Positions 44,781 to 48,965 of a DNA stretch of 48,965 bases are shown here, one piece after another. How positions within the stretch are numbered: position 1 is the stretch's first letter; every line of letters begins with the position of its first letter. Location: the IMG/VR virus record IMGVR_UViG_3300016469_000027, positions 1 to 48,965 of that record. One strand, 5' to 3'. Source of the stretch: a virus. Its lineage: Duplodnaviria > Caudoviricetes. The notes under the pieces are model-generated. The model searched no databases. It saw only the letters and a program-made list of their open reading frames with translations, and was not told the origin of the DNA. Position numbers and translations under genes: made by a program.

Positions 44781-47700
44781 CCCAGCAGGTCAGCGACAGT
44801 CTCGATGTCTTCACGCGCCGCCCTCGGCGCAGACTTCAGGAACCGCTCACCTGCTGGACGCTGAGCCTCGCGCAGTGCCTTGGATGCGTTGGGCAGGAAG
44901 TCCCGAATCTCCAGTGCCGTACCACGGGCGCTTGCGTTCCACTCGCCGACAGCCTCGACGATCTGCTGAGCCTGGGCCTCGTCGCCTTGGATCTTGGCCT
45001 TGATCCAAGCGTGTCGGAATCCTGCCACAATTTCTTTCTGGTAGTCTGTCATCCGCTTGGCCACGCGGATCACGTCATACTGCTGCGTTGCAGCAGACGG
45101 GTAGAAGCCAAGCAGCCGGGTGGCAATCACCGACGCACTGACATCAGGCTCAACCACGTACCCCCGCTTGTCCACGATGGCACCAGACTGGATGTACGCG
45201 ATGGCGTCTCCGAGGGCGCGGCCCACAGTGGCGGGTGACTCACGCAGCACATCCACCATCGTCATGCGAGGACCGGCAGCACGGACCACATCCACCGCAG
45301 ACTGACCGACACCCAGCAGCATGGACAGCGCAGGACCAGCCATGTCGCTCAGTTCCCGCGAGACGTTGGCACCCGCCAGCAACACGCCCGTGCCGGGGAT
45401 GAAGTTGCCCAAGCTCACACGGTCGGCGATGTTGCCGGGGAAGTAGGCGTTGACGAAGCCCCGCAGGAAGTAGGGCGACGCACCGGGGACCACGGAGTCC
45501 ACCGCCTTGGCGATCTCGAAGCGGATGCTGGCCTTTGTGAACCCAAGTGCCTGCGCGATGGTGTCAACAATGTCTTCGATGTCCTCTGCAAACGGGAAGG
45601 CAGCGATGCCGCCCAGCATCCACAGAGCAGCAAGCATGTAGATCTGCCCTTGCCGTGGCAACCGACGGAACAACTGAATGCTCATCGTCGGGAACGTCTT
45701 GTAGATGTAGATGAATGACTGGATGCCACTGCGCCAGATCGGTGGGCGGTTCAGCACCGAGTAGTCACCCAGCGTGAAGCGCATGGCGTTCACCGCAGCC
45801 TCGCGGGCCAGTTCACGGGCAGCCTTCTCAGACACGCCAGCAGCCACGCCGCGTTGCTTCTCCAGGCGGTAAACAGCCAGACCCGTCGCACGACGGACAG
45901 CTTGTTCTGTGGAGTTGAACGTCCACATCCAACCATCCAAGAACTTCTGTGCAGCGCCACTGCTGACGCGCCCACGTGCCGTGTTGGTCGTGGCGTTGGC
46001 GAGGGCAGGAACCATCTCGCCGTCACGAATTTCACCGGCCAGGAACTCAGCCTCGTCCTTGGTCAGACCATACCGCTTCTGGAGGTCCGCACTGGTTGCA
46101 ACCTTGTCGTAGAACTCAGCCGTGTTCAGGTCGTCGCCTGCACCGATGCGCCCGGTGACAGCCTTGCGTAAGCCAACTTGGTTAAGGGCACGACTGAACG
46201 CTGCCACTGAGGGACCAAAGCCAAAGCCTGCGCCAAACGCAGTGGTCTCGTTGTACGTCGCCATGTACGGCAAGACGTTGGTCAGGGCACCGAGGTAGTT
46301 CAGCGCACCAGTAGCAAGAGAACCACCGAGTTGCAAGTAGCTGGTGGCTGCACGGATACGAGACGCCACGTTGCCGGAGGCGAAGTCACCCTCGGTGATG
46401 TTGCGGTTGTTCTCCAGGAAGTGCAGGGCTTGCGCAGCTTCGTTGAAGTACTGGTTGCCCTTCTCCACCCGAGTACCTCTGACCATCGGGTTGGTCTTGT
46501 TGTACTGGAAGGCGTAGAAGTCGTAGTCCCGCTTGGCTGCCAGCTTCTGCTCAGGCGTTGCCCGTGGATCAGCCGAGATGGTTTCCCAGTTCTTCTTCAG
46601 CGTGTTGAGCCGGTTCTCGTCGCCCATCCACATGGCTCTGGTTGTACCCAGGCGCATGTTGGTCAACTCAGCCAAGCGTGGCCGCATCATGATCTTGGCA
46701 ATCGTCGACGCACGTGCCTCGATATGTTCAGCGATGGCGCGGCCTGCGTCAGGATCTGCACCGGGTACGAAGTTACGCTCCAACCGCTGGCGGGCACGGT
46801 CGTTCTGCGCCGTCAAAGCCACGACAACTTCTTCCAGCTTGCGTGGAGGCAGGGCGATACTGAACTGCCGCAGTCCCCGGATGAACTCGTTGAGGTTCAA
46901 TTGCGGCGGTGCAGCGACACCATCGAGGGCATTGCCCGCGACAGCCCTAAGCTGCACATCCATCAACTGATACTCCATCGTGTCTTCGTTGAACGCTTCG
47001 ACCTTGTAGGTCTTCGGCTGTCCGTCCGCAGAGAACAACGTGGTGTTGATCCTGTCCGACATCTCGACCGCTTCGTCGCGGCTCTCGAACTGCGAGTAGA
47101 CCAACTGATCCTTGTACTCCTGCTTCAGTCGCACTGGCTTGCCGTTGACTGTGGCCTGGACACGCATCTGGAAACCACCGCGCCGAAGCACCGGCACGTA
47201 TCCGCCAGCCAAGTTACGACGTGTTGCCACATCTGCGCCATCGTTGGAGATCTCGGAAATCACCAGATCCTTCAGCCGGTTCTGAACCGTGAACCTCGTT
47301 TCCTCGGAGCGAACGATGCGGTCCTTGAACGCCTCAATCTCAGCGATCACATCGTCAGCAACATCAGTCTCCAGGAACGCAGCCAACTTGTCGTTGCGCT
47401 CTTTGGCAATCGGATCGGTGTCGGCTTTCTTCGTGGCGATCAAAGCGGTGTTGAACGCAGCCAGGAAATCGTTGGCCTTGGACATTGACTCCTGGTTCAG
47501 GGACGCCTTGCCATCTGGCGTGACGATGGGGTCCGCAGTGAAGAACTCCTTGTACTGGCGATACACCCGCTCGAAGAACGCTTGCTCGTTGGGCAACAGC
47601 TTGCCTGTCTTGGTGACAGCAGCGATCTCGCGGAACGACAGACTCTGCTCCTGCGTGAACGACAGGTAGCGAGACGACAGGAGTTGCAACTCCACATCAC

Positions 47701-48965
47701 GCATGGCCTCGCGGGCTGCGGTGTACGCCTTCCACTCGATACTGTCTTTGGTCAGGCCGGGGATGCCGGGTACGGTGACCGTCTCAGTGACCACCTCTCC
47801 ATCACGCATGAACGTGTCACGGTATGTGAAGCCGTCACGCATCTGCTCCAGCGTCAGCAGACCCATGTTGTACAGCCGGTTGATCTCGGCTTGATTGGGC
47901 ACCAACTCACCCGTGGTCCGGTCTATGGTGTAGAGCGGAGTGCGACCCAGTTCCTGTGTCGTCGGGATAGTGGAAAACTTCAGTCGCTGCGCTGCGTACA
48001 GGATGCGGTTGACTTCCTCATACTGCTTTTCCGAGATGCCACCGAACTTCCACGGTGCGCCGGGAATCTCCACAGCGCGACTCAGTAGCGGGTCCAGCTT
48101 CTCGTTGAGCGCGTTGCGCACCTGCATGGCGATGCCACGCCCCTGCCGCAGAGTCCGATCCACTTCGTAGGCACCTGCGTTTTCGCGGGCACGGAAGTTC
48201 ATCAGGCTGAAAGCCTGCGCCAGGAACTTGTCTGCGGACTCGAACGTGTTGCCTGCTACACCACGGATCTTGCGGAAGGCTTCGTCAAAGTTGTCGGGCA
48301 GACCATTGATGTTGTCCCGCATGAGGTTCTCTGCCGCCGCGTTATCCATCCGAAGGTCGCCAGAACGTGCGTAACGCCCCACGTTGTCAGGGTCTTGCCC
48401 TGACTCGATGGCCTGCATCCGTGTGAAGACATCTTGTACGGTGAATGCAGATGAGACCTGACCGGTGCGAACGTACCGACGGGCTTGGTCAACCCAGTAG
48501 CGTGCTGCCTCGTCACCGAACTGAACTCCCAACTTGTTGAGGGCTGACTTGATGGCGTTCCAGATGCGTGCGATGTAGCTGACATCGAGCGCCGCAGCGA
48601 AGTCGGACAAGTACTCCTCGACTGCCTCAGCCTTGGGTAGGCCACGGGCTTCCATCGCTGCATCCGCAGCAAGCTGCACGTTGGGGCTGAGGTCGTAGAT
48701 CTCGCCCATCAACTTGTCGAAGTCCTTGGCAGGGATCAGACTGCGCAGACCGATGTGGCCGAGCGTCTCGTGTGCCAGGACGAAGCGAAGCTGCTGCTCT
48801 GTACGGATGCGATCCGTGAAGACGATGATCTCGTTCTTGCCGAACGAGTACGCTGCTGCCGGTGTCGTGTCGAAGTCGCCGTCAGGCCGAGCCGCTGCCG
48901 CTCGGGCGTGTAGTTGGGGGTTTGTGGCCCGCAGATCGGCTTGATTGCGGAAGGTGTAGACCGTC
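44774..48965 (-). CDS. Giant internal virion / polyvalent protein, 5'-truncated, with zincin-like motif
   Basis: The frame stays open from 48712 to the window end (TVYTFRNQ...FVLAHETLGHIGLRSL...), so >1390 aa. HExxGH plus downstream AVEEYL; helical C-terminal region resembles PLxRFG-type domains. Confidence 0.75.
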   Translation of the reverse strand, partial: TVYTFRNQADLRATNPQLHARAAAARPDGDFDTTPAAAYSFGKNEIIVFTDRIRTEQQLRFVLAHETLGHIGLRSLIPAKDFDKLMGEIYDLSPNVQLAADAAMEARGLPKAEAVEEYLSDFAAALDVSYIARIWNAIKSALNKLGVQFGDEAARYWVDQARRYVRTGQVSSAFTVQDVFTRMQAIESGQDPDNVGRYARSGDLRMDNAAAENLMRDNINGLPDNFDEAFRKIRGVAGNTFESADKFLAQAFSLMNFRARENAGAYEVDRTLRQGRGIAMQVRNALNEKLDPLLSRAVEIPGAPWKFGGISEKQYEEVNRILYAAQRLKFSTIPTTQELGRTPLYTIDRTTGELVPNQAEINRLYNMGLLTLEQMRDGFTYRDTFMRDGEVVTETVTVPGIPGLTKDSIEWKAYTAAREAMRDVELQLLSSRYLSFTQEQSLSFREIAAVTKTGKLLPNEQAFFERVYRQYKEFFTADPIVTPDGKASLNQESMSKANDFLAAFNTALIATKKADTDPIAKERNDKLAAFLETDVADDVIAEIEAFKDRIVRSEETRFTVQNRLKDLVISEISNDGADVATRRNLAGGYVPVLRRGGFQMRVQATVNGKPVRLKQEYKDQLVYSQFESRDEAVEMSDRINTTLFSADGQPKTYKVEAFNEDTMEYQLMDVQLRAVAGNALDGVAAPPQLNLNEFIRGLRQFSIALPPRKLEEVVVALTAQNDRARQRLERNFVPGADPDAGRAIAEHIEARASTIAKIMMRPRLAELTNMRLGTTRAMWMGDENRLNTLKKNWETISADPRATPEQKLAAKRDYDFYAFQYNKTNPMVRGTRVEKGNQYFNEAAQALHFLENNRNITEGDFASGNVASRIRAATSYLQLGGSLATGALNYLGALTNVLPYMATYNETTAFGAGFGFGPSVAAFSRALNQVGLRKAVTGRIGAGDDLNTAEFYDKVATSADLQKRYGLTKDEAEFLAGEIRDGEMVPALANATTNTARGRVSSGAAQKFLDGWMWTFNSTEQAVRRATGLAVYRLEKQRGVAAGVSEKAARELAREAAVNAMRFTLGDYSVLNRPPIWRSGIQSFIYIYKTFPTMSIQLFRRLPRQGQIYMLAALWMLGGIAAFPFAEDIEDIVDTIAQALGFTKASIRFEIAKAVDSVVPGASPYFLRGFVNAYFPGNIADRVSLGNFIPGTGVLLAGANVSRELSDMAGPALSMLLGVGQSAVDVVRAAGPRMTMVDVLRESPATVGRALGDAIAYIQSGAIVDKRGYVVEPDVSASVIATRLLGFYPSAATQQYDVIRVAKRMTDYQKEIVAGFRHAWIKAKIQGDEAQAQQIVEAVGEWNASARGTALEIRDFLPNASKALREAQRPAGERFLKSAPRAAREDIETVADLLGY

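Overview
Most of a tailed dsDNA phage genome (podovirus-like, GC-rich), cut inside the virion arm. Both edges fall within minus-strand genes: a Pro/Ala-repeat putative ejection protein at the left edge and a giant metallopeptidase-bearing virion protein at the right. The minus-strand arm (24082 down to 1) runs terS, terL, portal, scaffold, major capsid, decoration, fibre-like proteins, small basic proteins, three tandem paralogous adaptor/ring proteins plus a fourth distant one, beta-helix tailspike, holin, M15 endolysin, tail nozzle, GNAT-like protein and ejection proteins. The plus-strand arm (24499-44780) has small early genes, a MoxR-type AAA+/HExxH-vWA module, family A DNA polymerase (Leu762), PD-(D/E)XK nuclease, VRR-NUC, SNF2 helicase, SSB-like protein, HTH protein and primase-helicase. 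The arms diverge from a ~1.6 kb control region. It holds sigma70-like promoters, a structured leader (pseudoknot candidate plus boxA-like motif), a terminator-flanked 28-aa membrane peptide, and an AT-rich inverted-repeat-bounded element with two IHF-consensus sites. I saw no integrase, RNA polymerase, tRNA or CRISPR array. All family calls come from motif recognition and gene order, not database searches.
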